From Pecten maximus (Eukaryota): a stretch of 64,000 bases of DNA. Of this stretch, positions 13,705-27,311 are shown in pieces; positions within the stretch are counted from its first letter, which is position 1; the number at the start of each line of letters is the position of its first letter. The notes under the pieces were generated by a model, which saw only the letters and a list, made by a program, of their open reading frames with translations, had not been told where the DNA came from and did no database searches. Position numbers and translations under genes: made by a program. Location: assembly GCF_902652985.1 (NCBI RefSeq), contig NC_047019.1, forward strand, positions 17,050,001 through 17,114,000, given 5' to 3'.

Positions 13705-15553
13705 GTTTTCAGTTCACCTGGTCCGAAGATCTTGAGCGCTTATGCCATGGTGCAGTGTTGAGGATTTGTCATCCATCAGCTTTTCATAAAAACACTACAT
13801 GTCATGAATATCTTAGTTGATTTTAACTAACGTTGGTCTGAAGAATCCTTGGTTGATGGGGGAACCAATTTTATTTGATGGGTGGTTCACCCAATTTAAA
13901 TGTCAATTAAAAAAAAAAAAAAAAAATAATATCCACAAATGAACATTTGCAATGACATTATGAAGCAAAATTAGTTTGGATAAACTGGACACCAACTGAC
14001 CAAAGATCAAGGTCACTGGTTCAATTGTCAAGGATGAAGTTGATCCTTGCTGAAATAAAACATCAAACCTTGCACATGGGTATTATAGCTGTATTTAAAT
14101 TTCTCTTGGCTAAGCAAACATGGATGTGGAAAGAAACAAGAGTCAAATCAAAGTTCATGTATAATTTATATTACCAGGTAATTGTTTCCTACTTGCAATT
14201 ATTTTTGAAGTCCAAATATCAACCTCACCAATAAGGGTAGATGGGGAATATATACAGCAACAGGACAGGGCCCTTGCTGGCTGTTGGCTTTCAAGTTTGC
14301 TTTCAATTTTCTTATGAACCGGAAAGTTAATTATTAATTAAAGGAAAGTATTGACAGCAATGCATGGAACCGAGTGGTATATCTCCAAATGGGAATAGTA
14401 TTTATAATATAACTCCTGAGTGCTTTGTCATAATCACTGAATTATCCAGGTGAGTGGTTCAGGCCCCATGGACCTCTTGTTTTGAAAGTTTGTATGGAAG
14501 TATACTGTTCCACAGATTTAAGAATGGTTAATGAATTGTGGAGATGGTTTGTTTACTTCACCTATGCTGTTTTTGTAGATTACGGCAGACAAAATGTAAT
14601 TGGCCCTTGTTCCCTACAGTTTGTCAGTCTGTATGACTGTTGTTATCCGTTCATTATTCAAATACTAGAAGCCTAACAATTCAGCTGCATATATATGTAT
14701 ATTAATTAACACATATTAAAACATACTACAGCAGTACATTCAACCTTTTCTTCTGATTCACTGGTTTTTAGGTTATCTGTTTCTGATTCACTGGTTTTTA
14801 GGTTATCTGTGACAAAGACTTTAGTGCCCTTTAATTTTCTAATCACCCTTTGTTTGTTGTCCGTTATCTGTTCATTTTACATTTTCAACTTCTTCTCATT
14901 AAGCAAGAGGCCCAGAAACCTGATATTTGGCCTATAGCATGCCGGGATGAGGGGCTATCAGGCTTATTCAAATTAATGACCTTGACTTTTATTCGAGGTC
15001 ACAGGGGTCAAATATGCTAACATCTTTAAACGCCTTTTTATTAAGCAAGAAGCCCAGAGACCTTATGTTAGGCATATAGCATGCTGGCCTGAAGGTCTAT
15101 AAAAAGTTTCAAACGAATGACCTTGACTTTCATTCAAGGTCAGTTAGGGTCAAATATTGTCCAGGGTAAATATTAAATGTTGAATCTTTCTGTTATGCAC
15201 AAATATACTAGTTGCTCTTGCCAGCAGATATTGACAAACTCCTGATGTTACTACCACATGAATCTTACATGAGATAATAACCAATACCTGCTAAAAACAT
15301 CAGATAACTTTGCATAGCAAAAAACTCAATGGCACAAACTGATGACCTTGAGCTTCAAACAAGGCCACCTGGCTCAAATATGCAAAAATCTTTTAAAAGT
15401 CTTCTTCTTTAGAACCAACACTTAGAAACCTGATATTTGGTTTGTAGCAGGCTTAGGAATAACAACATTGACCACAAATTCACTGTTGCAGGAATCAAAT
15501 CTGCCCAAATATATCAAACACAGATGACCGTTAAAGTTCAAGGGCCTCTTGTA
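13705..15553 (+). mobile_element. Two degenerate non-autonomous Helentron/HINE-like elements (~13705-14481, ~14786-15553)
   Basis: T-rich start with TCACCTG-type subterminal motif, matching CAGGTGAG/CAGATGAC near the 3' end followed by GGCC..CCTCTTGT ending; internal ~130-bp repeats with TGACCTTGA. Confidence 0.45.
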
Positions 15554-16861
15554 ACATTTAATTTAGACTTAGATTTTTGAGTACCGCCTGGTCTAGCAGT
15601 CCTATTGAAGCTTTAAACCTGTCCAGTATATATGTATTATGAATTTTAAAATCTATGCAAATTTTGTCATTTTTATTAAAAGAATATGTCTGGTCTAATT
15701 TTTTTTTTTGAAAGATAGTCACAGATAAATTGTGAAAAGTGATATTCTCAAACCGATTAAAACAGTTTCAATTAATTTTTATTTCAATTACAACTCAAAT
15801 ATAATGATGATGTGTGTCAAATATGTTACCACCTGAATTTTCATTTATGAACCAATATCATTGTACAGGGTGATTTGTAGTATTAGCTGTGATCATGTTC
15901 TGTATCATTATGTGAAAGTGTGAATTTCAGAAATCTCGCGATCAATACCTGTCCCTAGGGTCCTGGTCCTATCCACAACGACGGTAGAAATTAAAGATAG
16001 ATGTAGTCAAGATTTAGTCGTTTGTACACCAATGGCAGGGTGGTTTTCCTCCAACACAAACACAAAAAAAGCTTTGTGGCATTGCTATTAAAGTATATAC
16101 ATAACTTTTATTTGATGTTGATCATATACAAGATGGAAAATGAAGATTATGGTGCAACGTAATTTACAACATGTACATCACTTAACTATATACTAGATAA
16201 TACATGATACAAAATGTAAATTTTGTTAGATTAGAAAATCTGTCACTGTATAACTGTATATTTACACATGAAACAATAGTTACTGTTACAAGATAATTAG
16301 AGTAATGCATTTTTGTGTATAGACGAGTAACTGTTATGATGAAACATAAAATGAAATTATATTCACGACGGCAAGGGATTGTGCAAGATTGTTGAAAATG
16401 TTATCCGTACTGTGTTGTTTTGTAATATTAATGTTTGTAACCAGATTTTTATTAAATATCAGATGGATAACATATCATTCTGTACTCTCTGTTGAAATAA
16501 ATTTACATAGACTTGACTTGATTTGTTGCATATATTTCCTACCTTCAACATAGATTACAATAATCAAGGTAAATTGCCATCAAGATCACAGAGGTAAAAC
16601 CTTCTTCGTACCTCAGAAAATGTTTACCGTAAATTCAGCGATTTAAGTTTAGAAACTTTCGGCTTATCATGCAACGTATACTTACTAACAAATTTTGGCA
16701 TCAGTGGTACGTTGATAAGTTTACATTATTACATATGGGTTGACTTCTTAGTCTTTAATAGTCTTAATAAATTGAACTCAACACTGAAAGTAAGTCCTAA
16801 TTTATTATATATTGTATTCAAAATAACCAAATTCACAACAGTACAAAATTAATCAAAACCA

Positions 16862-17243
16862 ATTGTCTCATTAAATGTGCAATAAGTTTGTGATACAAAC
16901 AAGTTAAACACACAAAGCAACATTGTCTCATTAAATGTGCAATAAGTTTGTGATACAACCAAGTTAAACACACAAAGCAACATTGTCTCATTAAATGTGC
17001 AATAAGTTTGTGATACAAACAAGTTAAACACACAAAGCAACATTTTCTCATTAAATGTGCAATAAGTTTGTGATACAACCAAGTTAAACACACAAATCAA
17101 CATTGTCTCATTAAATGTGCAATAAGTTTGTGATACAACCAAGTTAAACACACAAAGCAACAGTCTCATTAAATGTGCAATAAGTTTGTGATACAACCAA
17201 GTTAAACACACAAAGCAACATTGTCTCATTAAATGTGCAATAA
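16862..17243. repeat. 60-bp satellite, left part (interrupted by EnSpm element)
   Basis: ~6.4 near-identical units CATTGTCTCATTAAATGTGCAATAAGTTTGTGATACAACCAAGTTAAACACACAAAGCAA. Confidence 0.95.
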
Positions 17244-19707
17244 CCCTTAGCAAAATGCAATGGCATTAAAATACCATTGAAATAGCATTACTTCAAAACC
17301 ATTGATAAGCCATTGAAATACCATTTATTTAGGTTGATCAATGCTTCTCATGAAGAACCATTGAAACACCATTTGAACACCATTGAAACGCCATTGAAAT
17401 GAGCCGAAATATTTAAATTAGTTTGCTAAATAAGGTATCATGAAACAATGGTATTTCAATGGTTTTTCAATGGTATTTAAATGGTATTTTAATGGTATTT
17501 TAATGGCATTTCAATGGTCTTGGAAATAAATTTCAATGGTATATCAATGGTTTTAAGAAAAAAACAATGGTAATTCAATGGCATTCCAAGACTCCGTCTA
17601 TCTACATGTATCTGAACCCAGGAACCTAGAATAATCAAATCACTTCTATATTCATGGTGTGGTTTTCTAGTGTTCAATTTACGGTGTTCATCAAAATTAT
17701 TAATAAAACTCGAAGGGTGGTAACTCTAAATATGACCTGGGTGTCCTAGGGTGGTGGTAGATTTTTTTACTGGACTATCCCTCAGACATTGTTTGATCTC
17801 CATCAGTCACTCCATTCATTAAGCAGTCAAGCAGATCTTTTCCCTTGAATCTTCTTGGTTTTGTTACATTATGCTGTATTGTGACTAACATTGATAGGTG
17901 AATTGAATAATAGCCCACAATGAATCTGATGATGGGCTAATAATTGAGAAAACATATCCAACTTTAAATAAAGATAACCTCAGAATATTGCTTCTTTTTC
18001 ATTTGCATGTGTTTATTTTATTAATTTCTGGTATCCAAAAAGAAGTACATAGAGAAACATCACTGGTGACAATATGTGTTTCTTTCAAAATAGCTTTCAC
18101 CTTTTTGGGCATACTCAAGTATTTGAGATACTCTACAGAAATGCCTAGCTTAAATTTCAGTTTAAAAAAAAAAGAGAAATCAATACGAAAGCATGGCACA
18201 TATTTTTTAGATTTTCATATTTGGTAATTATCTTAGACCAATATCATAAGTCAGGACAACTGAAAAAAAAGTCACATTTTTGTTACCATTGCAACAGTTT
18301 CTGGCCATGGTACAACATGCATGTCCGTCCTAGGCCTGTTACAGACATTCTATTTTGTCAAAAATTTAATTTTACATGATATGAAACATTTCTGCATGGA
18401 TAAATATCATAATGTTTTGTATTTTAATCTTTGAATAAATTTTTAAAATTTGGATTTCCGGAGTTGCGTTTTTCTTCTTATATGAATTTGAACAAAGAAA
18501 CAATTTATACAAAGGAATATGCCATTTCTACAGGTAAGAACAATCCAAAGACATAATGTTTATAACAGAAAAAAAGGTTTCCTTAAATGCATAGTGGTCC
18601 TAAACCAGTATTAAATGTTAATTACAAGAGTGACAATTACATAACAGGAACCGATTTAACAAGATGGACATTTTTGCAACATGGTTTAACAGTGTTGTTC
18701 CGATGATCGATCATATTTGATATCTAATCGAAAGGCAACCAATTCTTATTAATTGATTATGAGGTTCACTTTCACTTCATGTACTACCTAGAAGAGAACG
18801 ACAGTTCTGTATTAGATTAAATTACTACCAATCATGTTATTTAATATAACAAGTACTAATTGTAAGGACAACCGTTAAATTAATGTCCCCCAAACTACCC
18901 CAACGGTCGTAAATAATGATAATGGAAGAGTTTTCACCGAAATCAAACAATATCTAAATTTGGGGGAAAAAAAAACCAGAAACCTCAGACAATTTTGTAA
19001 GTAGTACCATTCTGATCAGCTTCCCTCAATCCCATATACCAATCTGTACCAAAATCAAACAATATCTAAATTTCGACCAATCAGAGGCCACGAAATGGCA
19101 GCCATTTTTGAGTTTTGTTCCAAGACATGCACGTTGCACACCTTCTGCCCCCCAAGCAATACTCATGTGAAGTTTCATAAGGATCTGTCCAATAGTTTAG
19201 GAGGAAACTGCCGGACAAGTTCACCATGAAAAGATAGAAGAAAGCTAAAGAAGAATTTAATAAGAAATGAAACAAACACAATATGGCCCCCCAACTTTGT
19301 TAGGGGGACATAATTAATTATAAAATATTAATGATAACTGTTCATCGGTGAAGACTGTAACTCTGAAATGGTATGAATGAAAGATAAGAAACTGCGAGTG
19401 AGCGGCAGCTAGACATAAGACAAAATGTCCAAAGAAAAATCCCATTTGTTAAGCATTATGTACGTACTAGTATGCCAACCGATTAATCCTTAAATTCATT
19501 GTAGAAACTGCTAGAAGGAATGAAATAAATGCAAATTATCAAAATATTTATAAATGTTTGTCCATCAATGTTGAAATATCAACTGATTCCCAACACTACT
19601 TCTTCAACATCTGGGGACACAAAGCGATACATTTCTGTCGAATTTCTCAAATACTTATAGTTTGTCGTCACCCTCAGACTTCTTTCTTCCTTTCTGCTCT
19701 GCTCCCC

Positions 19708-22700
19708 TTACTTGCAACTCTTTCGTTTTGATAACCTATGGTTCCCAATCTTGTTCTGGATAGCAGTGATGTACTTCTTCTGGGATAGTTCTTGAAAGTT
19801 TAATGCACTGCATCTTGTATGGAGATATTCTGAAAGAATAGTACAATTATTAAGGCATTAATGTCCATTCTTTTAAAGTCGGTATCAAACTACAAAGTAT
19901 TAAAGCTGTAATTCACATCCCTCGCTTTCGCCTCAAATTGCGTTAATCAATGGACCATGAGTCACTGCGGCAAAAAATGTCTCTTTTCGTTAATCAAGGG
20001 GTCATAACTCCTGCAAATAATGTCCCAACAAAACCTGCGACCTAGCCCTTTAGGCATTTGACCATGTCACCAACTTCCTTTTAAGCAAAAGCGGGGGATA
20101 AAAATTGAATGCCTTCCTGTTGAACATAACATATATTTCACTCGTATGACAGAACTTTGCGATATTCTGTCATACTCGTGAAATTACTGAATTACGTAGC
20201 TGCTTCTTGCAATTAACAAAAAAGATCTGTCATATTTTAAGTTAATTTCTTTTATAAAAAGCTATATACTGTTTTTTCTTTTACTCCTGACATTACTCAT
20301 ACCTTGTATAGCCTCTCTCTTGTTGATAGGGAGGGAACTAACACCTTTGCTGGCGGCCATTTCTTCAAATGAAAATACTAAGTCCAGAACTTTATTCAAC
20401 AGGTACAATGCTGGATTTTTCATGGATCCAGCCTTGTTCTCTATGCCCCTTAACTGTGATGGATTCACAAGAATTTCAGCAAAGTGATCTTTGTCATCTG
20501 GATCTATGATCAAGGGAACGAGTCTCTGGGAAATATAATAAAGTAAATAGGTTAGGGTACACATTAAAACTTAATACACAATGTATTTATATAGCTATAT
20601 TTTGGATACTTTGCAACAAAAAGATTTTTTTTGTATTTCAAGTTTCTTGAAACAAAGTCATTTTATCAGTTGTGTTGATAATTTGCAAGCAAATAAAAAC
20701 ATTTGTTATAATAATTACATAGAATATGAAAGCCATTAATACAGAAATTTAATGTGTACATTTTACTTAACCTGGGATTGATACTAGTGGTGGTCAATAA
20801 TTCTTACTAATTTAAGTTGTTCTAAAGCATGGCAAAGTTGTAAATTAAACAATAACATATTTTTCTAAGAAAGAAATTCTCTTTCATTTTTAAATCTTTT
20901 TCTTTCAAACTGAGAAAATATGTACATGCAAGTAAAAAGACTTGACTTTTAATTGGCAAATTATTCAAATCCACACGTCTTTGTTGTTACCACTTTAACA
21001 AAATTGTCTGATGTCTTGGAAGGACTACTAGAAATTGTTAAGGATCGACTGAAAACTGTATCTGGTATATGTGGTCTTGCTGGCCACCTGATAAAACAAG
21101 TTGTAGTATTTAACACTGTTAACGAAGATTTTATGTGAAAGATAAATATTTCTAGGTACTGCATGAGTATGAGGCATATGTACATACCATTTCACTTTTC
21201 TGTGCAGATTTGACAGATGATCTTGGATTCCTGTCAAAAACCTGAGTATTTGGCGAGTTCATGGAGTGCTGGTTGTTCCCAAATATTTCTCTTCCATTAG
21301 ATTCCCCCTGTTGACGTAATTGCAATGTCAGTAGCTCCAGAAACCCAAGCAAGGTCACTCTTTGGTTGTTGTCCAACTCTCTAAAGTAATCTATTAAAGG
21401 ATGAAGAGAAAAAAAAGGAAATTTTCAACAAGAATTAATATGTTAAATCCCTATTTACAAGTATCGATCACTGTGTGATCTAAATAGTATTCTCAAATTG
21501 AATAGTATCATGATCAAGAATATAAGACAATGTCAAGAAGGATTTGTATACAATATGTATAATATACAACCCCTTTTAAGTTATCAGACAGAGTTTAGAG
21601 TTATTATCAAATAGCTGAAAATCCAACTAGTAATTATATGAACAAAGAAAAAATACCAGGCCTCACCGGACAAGCAAAATCAAATTTCAAATATTTACCT
21701 TAATTTGAATTTTAAAATGATATCCAATATATATGACTAGGGCAACAATCCACCAAGGTTACATATTGTAAAATTGGATGAATTTATTCAGTCTTCCAAG
21801 CCATTGTACTGTACAGACAGATGGATAAAAAAAACATACAATAAAAAGCATGAATTAGATTTTAAGATATATATCGAAACACTTTTTATAAATATTTTTT
21901 TAACACATACCTGTGATCGGATTACAATGCTGGGACATGGGCATGTGCACTGGATACACTGGGGTACTTGATATTTCATGCTGTACATCCTCTTGTGATT
22001 CCTTCGGGTTATCCCATGAATAATTGGCGTTGTAGCCATAGTACTGGTTTTCACTTCCAGAAGCCGATTGAACTGATGGCATTTCTGAATAAGAGAAACC
22101 ATTGTGGTCCTGGTCATTCAAAACACTAAGGCCAGAAAACACAGCTTGTGATGTTTCCTGTTGACTATCCAAAACCAATTCTATCTTTTTTGTTGAGTAC
22201 GCTTTCTTGGAGGGAGTCTTGGAATTTGTAATTGTTACAGAAGTAACTTCTGATGTGCATGTTTCTGATCTTGGCCTAATGCAAGTGTCAAATAGTCTAG
22301 TTTTTGTATGGCTTGTTTTTATGGATGGTGTCTTTTGGGTATCGCGGATAGGTGTGGCTTTGGAAGGAGTCTTTTTGGTCCCGCGGACAGGTGTGGCTTT
22401 GGAAGGAGTCTTTTCAGTCCTGCCGACAGGTGTAGCTTTGGGAGGTGTAAATGTCTTTTTGGTCCCACCTACAGGAGTGACTTTGGACGGTGTCTTTTTG
22501 GTCCCACCTACAGGAGTGGCTTTGGACGGTGTCTTTTTGGTCCCACCTACAGGAGTGGCTTTGGACGGTGTCTTTTTGGTCCCACCTACAGGAGTGGCTT
22601 TGGACGGTGTCTTTTTGGTCCCACCTACAGGAGTGGCTTTGGACGGTGTCTTTTTCGTCCCGCCGACAGGTGTTGCTTTTGAAGGTGTCCTTTCCGTCCT

Positions 22701-23814
22701 GCTGACAGTTGTGGCTTTGGGTGGTGTCTTTGATTTTTCAGATTCTGACTCGGGCTCACTAGCTACATTGGCAAATGCAGACATTTCATTAAGTTTTATG
22801 ATGTCTAGTAATTTTGGTTCTTTCGATTTAACAGGTAGGGGTGTACACGTTTTCCTCTTTTTTTTAGCACTTTTCTTTTCATATTCATGGTCACCTGCTA
22901 TAGAATCACTTCTGTCCTTTTTTTGTTCTGGCTGTGATGTATGGTGCTGTATTTCATCACTTGCCTGCAGTAGTCTTTTAAGCTTGGTCGCGGCTCCTCT
23001 TTTTCCTGATTGCTTTCTCTCCTTTGCCAGGGACAAAAGTGTCTCAACAACTCCTTCATCTGTCAGGTTTATGCCTTCGCTCTTGGTGAAATTCATAAAT
23101 GCCCGAGCAGATGTTGCACCTGATGAAAAGAAATCAAAACATTTATAAATAATTCGAAGTCTTAAAAAAAGGAAATGGATACGAATACATTAAATGGTTT
23201 AAACATTCACAATAACTCGCACAGTATATAAAAAATATGGCTCGAGCTCGATATATATAACAGCAGTCGTGCATCCATAGGCAATTAGTTTATATACTCT
23301 ACATATACAAATTTACATGAAGCCAAAAATTCAAGGGAAAAAATATGAAAATGCGTGAAATACAGAAAGTCAAAAGTTGCATCAATTTTGGCTCGTCAAT
23401 CATCAATGTAGATTATCTCGATCGCGACCTATACAGGTGCCCGATCGCGATCGTACATGTATCAATACACGGCGCCTAATATTAATGTTCAGTATTGAAA
23501 CCAAAAAATATTGATTAACGTAATAACATTGTCTAAAATAAAATTTAAACAAAGAGAAATGAACCTTACTTAATCGTAAAATACTGCATGGATTTTATTT
23601 TAAACTTACTTCCAGAGAAAACAGTTGAGCCTTCATACGGTTCGTCCCTTATCGATACTGTTCCGTCTTCATTAATTTCCTCCGTTGGATAATCTACGGA
23701 GACTGTACTTGTTGCTTCGTCTATGCATCTTACAGTTTGTTTTTTGCGGTTGACAATTTGCAGAGCTCTATCTGCCGTAAAGTATACAACAAGGTAATCT
23801 TCTTGTGTCGCCAT
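19708..23814 (-). CDS. Transposon-borne BEN-domain protein with central TPxK repeats
   Basis: Phase-consistent exons 23814-23610 (caagATGgcg start), 23119-21911, 21390-21188, 20525-20303, 19829-19708 (TAA). C-terminus LLNKVLDLVFSFEEMAASKG..LPINKREAIQEYL...AIQNKI fits the BEN pattern by eye; 13-aa repeats TPSKATPVGGTKK. Confidence 0.7.
22335..22725 (-). repeat. 39-bp coding tandem repeat (13 aa, TPSKATPVGGTKK), ~10 copies
   Basis: Visible in ORF 21900-23096; central copies identical, outer copies diverged. Confidence 0.9.
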
Positions 23815-24125
23815 CTTGCTCAAATTTGGTTTTGGCGCAATCGCAGCATCAGTGCAGCAGATATGCTTGAGTACAGTACCGGACACGATCGTGGTCAATT
23901 TTGTGAAATTATTTTTTTCCTTAATGCTTTAATAGCACCGCAATTTATATTTCTTTATCATTTTTTAAATAGGTTTAATTTATTTTGAAAGAAAATTTAT
24001 ACATTGTAATATTTCCCTCCCAAAAGAAACTACAGAGTCACGGAAACCTGTTTTTATGCTATGCACATCAAGCGCTGAGGCGATCAAGATTGAGTCAGGA
24101 TACATGTGGTTGCATTGTCAACTAA

Positions 24126-24774
24126 GGGCAAATTTGTTGCAAATAAACTGGTTTAGGTTTGGGTTTATGGTTTAAACCTGGTTTTCAAAACGGTTTGTAA
24201 ACTAAAACTAGTTTGCTCTTGAGAAACAAATGCGAAATTCTAGTTTTCAATATGGTGTCTTTGGGAGAAAAAGCTTCAGAGCAGTATTTGAAACGTTAAT
24301 ACCTCATGAACGCACAAAAATCCCCCGAATCCCAAATTATGTTGAAGACATACTTCCACAATTCAATGCAATGACAGGGAAACGCATGCAGTTCTAGCAG
24401 ACTTTCTTTCAAACACAAGGGAAAACTGTCATACCAATGGGAAAACAATTATTATATTTATAATTTATATTTTATTTGTCCAGTCAAATGACACTACGAG
24501 CCATAGCTGGCAAATTTGGAGCACGTAGCGCACTTCAAGAGCACATTCTGCATGTGTGTTGACAACATTCGCCATCTTGTTTTCAGAAACGAAACCTTCC
24601 AAACCACAACCGGTGGTGGTTTGAATGGTTTAATAAACTAGTTTAGGTTTATCAGAAACAAATGAATGAACCGGTTTCAGTTTAAATGTGGTTTGAAACT
24701 GGTTTACTCAACAAATGGAAAGTTTACAGAACCGGTTCGAAACTAAAACTGGTTTTAGGAGAACAAATTCGCCC
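24126..24774 (+). mobile_element. PIF/Harbinger internal-deletion derivative nested in the EnSpm element
   Basis: Imperfect TIRs GGGCAAATTTGTT... / ...AACAAATTCGCCC, 3-bp TSD TAA on both sides (24123-25, 24775-77); frameshifted remnant ..KQLL..FYLSSQMTLRAIAGKFG resembling the Harbinger transposase HTH region. Confidence 0.75.
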
Positions 24775-24814
24775 TAAGTAATTCCCATTGCCAATATAAT
24801 GGAATGGTAAAACC

Positions 24815-25714
24815 AAGCCTTTTTTCCCTTTGGGGGAAAAAAGGGGTTTTTTTTTGGGGGGGGGTTTTTTAAAAACCCCAAAAATTTTTTTGGGCAAAAA
24901 AAAAAAAAAAATTTTTTTAAAAAATTTTCCCCCCTTTTCCCCCCCCCCCCCCCCCCCAAAACCTTTTTTTTTTTTTTCCCCCTTTTCCCCCCCCTTTTTT
25001 TTTTTCCCCCCGGGGGTTTTGTTTTTTTTTTTTTTTTTTTTTCCCCCCCCCCCTTTTTTAAAAAAATTTTTTTAAAAAAAAAATTTTTTTTTTTTTTTTT
25101 TAAAAACCCCCCCCAAAAACCCCCCCCCCCCCCCCAAAACCCCCCCCCTTTAAAAAAACCCCCCCCCCCCCCAAAAAACCCCCAAAAAAATTTTTTTTTT
25201 CCCCCCCAAAAAAAATTAAAAAAAAATTCTTTTTTTAAAATTTTTTCCCCCCCCCCGGCCCCCTTTTTTTCCCCCCCCCAAAAAACCCCCTTTTTTTAAA
25301 AACCCCCGGCCCCCTTTTTCCCCCCCTTTTAAAACCCCCCCTTTTTTTTTTTTTTTTCCCCCCTTTTTTTTTTTTTTTTTTTCCCCTTTAAATTTTTTTT
25401 TTTGGGTTTTTTTAAAAAAATTTAAAAGGGAAAAAAACCCCCGGGGGGGTTTTTAAAAATTTTTTTTTAAAAAAAACCCCAAAACCCAAAAAAAGGGGGG
25501 GGGGGGGGGGGGAAAAATGGGTTTAATTTCCCAAAACCAAAAAAAAAAGGGGGGTTTTTAAAAGGGGAAAAAAAAACCCCCCCCCAAAAATTAAAAAAAA
25601 CCCCAAAAAAAAAAAGGGTTTTTTTTTTTTTAAAAAACCCCTTTTTTTAAATTTTTTAAAAAAAAAAATTTTTTTGGGGTTTTAAAATTTTTTTGGGGGG
25701 GCCAAAAGGGAAAC

Positions 25715-25746
<32 letters not shown>

Positions 25747-26634
25747 TAAAAATTTTTTTTGGGCAAATTAAAAATTTAAAATTTTTTTTGGGGGGGCCCC
25801 CTTTTTTTTTTTTTTAAATTTTCTTTTTTTTTTTTTAAAAATTTTTTTCCCTTTTGTTTTTTTTGGGGTTTTCCCCCGGGGAAATTTTTAAAAATTTTTT
25901 TTTTAAAAAAAAATTTTNNNNNNNNNNNNNNNNNNNNNNNNNNNNNNNNNNNNNNNNNNNNNNNNNNNNNNNNNNNNNNNNNNNNNNNNNNNNNNNNNNN
26001 NNNNNNNNNNNNNNNNNNNNNNNNNNNNNNNNNNNNNNNNNNNNNNNNNNNNNNNNNNNNNNNNNNNNNNNNNNNNNNNNNNNNNNNNNNNNNNNNNNNN
26101 NNNNNNNNNNNNNNNNNNNNNNNNNNNNNNNNNNNNNNNNNNNNNNNNNNNNNNNNNNNNNNNNNNNNNNNNNNNNNNNNNNNNNNNNNNNNNNNNNNNN
26201 NNNNNNNNNNNNNNNNNNNNNNNNNNNNNNNNNNNNNNNNNNNNNNNNNNNNNNNNNNNNNNNNNNNNNNNNNNNNNNNNNNNNNNCAAAAAACCCCCCA
26301 AAACCCTTTCCCCAACAGGGGAAAAATTTTTTGGAAAAAAAAGGGGGATTTTTTAAAGGGGAAACCCCTAAAAAAAAATTTAAAAAAGTTTTAAAAATTT
26401 AAAAAAAAAAAAAAAAAATTGGGGGGGAAAAAAATTTTTGGGAAAGGGGGGTTCCTAAAAAAAAAAATTTAAAAAACCCAGGGAAAAAATTTAAAAAACC
26501 CCTTTTACAAAGGGGGGGGGTTTTTTCCCGGGGGAAAAAAGGGGAATTTTTTAAGGGGGGTTTTTGTTTTTTTTAAAAAAAACCCCCAAAAAAAATTTTT
26601 TAAAAAAAAAAAGGGGGGGGGGGGGTTTTCCGGG

Positions 26635-26666
<32 letters not shown>

Positions 26667-26776
26667 TTTTTTCAAAAAAAAATTTAAAAATTTTTTCCCC
26701 CCTTTCCCCCCCCCTTTTTTTTAAAAAAATTTTTTCCGGGGGGGGAAAAAAACCCAAAAAAAAAATTTTCCCCCCC

Positions 26777-26846
<70 letters not shown>

Positions 26847-27290
26847 TTTAAAGGGGGAAAAAAAGGGGAAAAATTTTGGGGGGTTTTTTTTGGGGGGGAA
26901 AAAAAAGGGGGGGGTTTTTTTTTAAAAAAAAAAGGGTTTTAAAAAAAGGGGGTTTTAAAAATTAAAAATTTTCCCAAAAAAAAAAAAAAAGGTAAAAAAA
27001 AAAAGGGGGAAAAAAAAAAAACCAAAAAAAAAAAAAAAATTTTTTTTAAAAAAAAATTTTTTTCCCCTTTTTTTTTAAAAAAATGTTTGGGACGGGTTTT
27101 TTTAAAAACCCCCCCCAAAAAAAAAAAAAGGAAAATTTTTTTTTTTTTTTCCCCAAAAAACCCCTTTTTTTTTTTTCCCCCCTTTTAAATTAAAAAAAGG
27201 AAAGGGGGAAAAAAAGGAAAAAAAATTCTTTTAAAATTTTCTTCCTTACGTGTACAACTTTTTTTTAAAAAAGAAAAAAAGGGGGGTTTT
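24815..27290. other. Low-quality homopolymer-run sequence flanking an N gap (assembly artefact)
   Basis: Only runs of A/C/G/T around the gap at 25918-26286, typical of degraded read tails. Confidence 0.93.
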
Positions 27291-27311
27291 GCTGGTTTTG
27301 TTTACATAAAG

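Noticed and set aside
16862-17243. Regular 60-bp array resembling a CRISPR
   Set aside because: No unique spacers, whole units identical, eukaryotic context, no cas genes
20775-21100. Extra exons in the BEN gene
   Set aside because: Candidate acceptors lead to in-frame stops; exons 21390-21188 and 20525-20303 join in phase without them
22207-23148. 313-aa + strand ORF
   Set aside because: Antisense shadow of the repeat-rich exon of the BEN gene
24774-27290. Poly-K/F/P/G ORFs and possible G-quadruplex or homopolymer structure
   Set aside because: Degraded sequence next to an N gap; not trustworthy as biology
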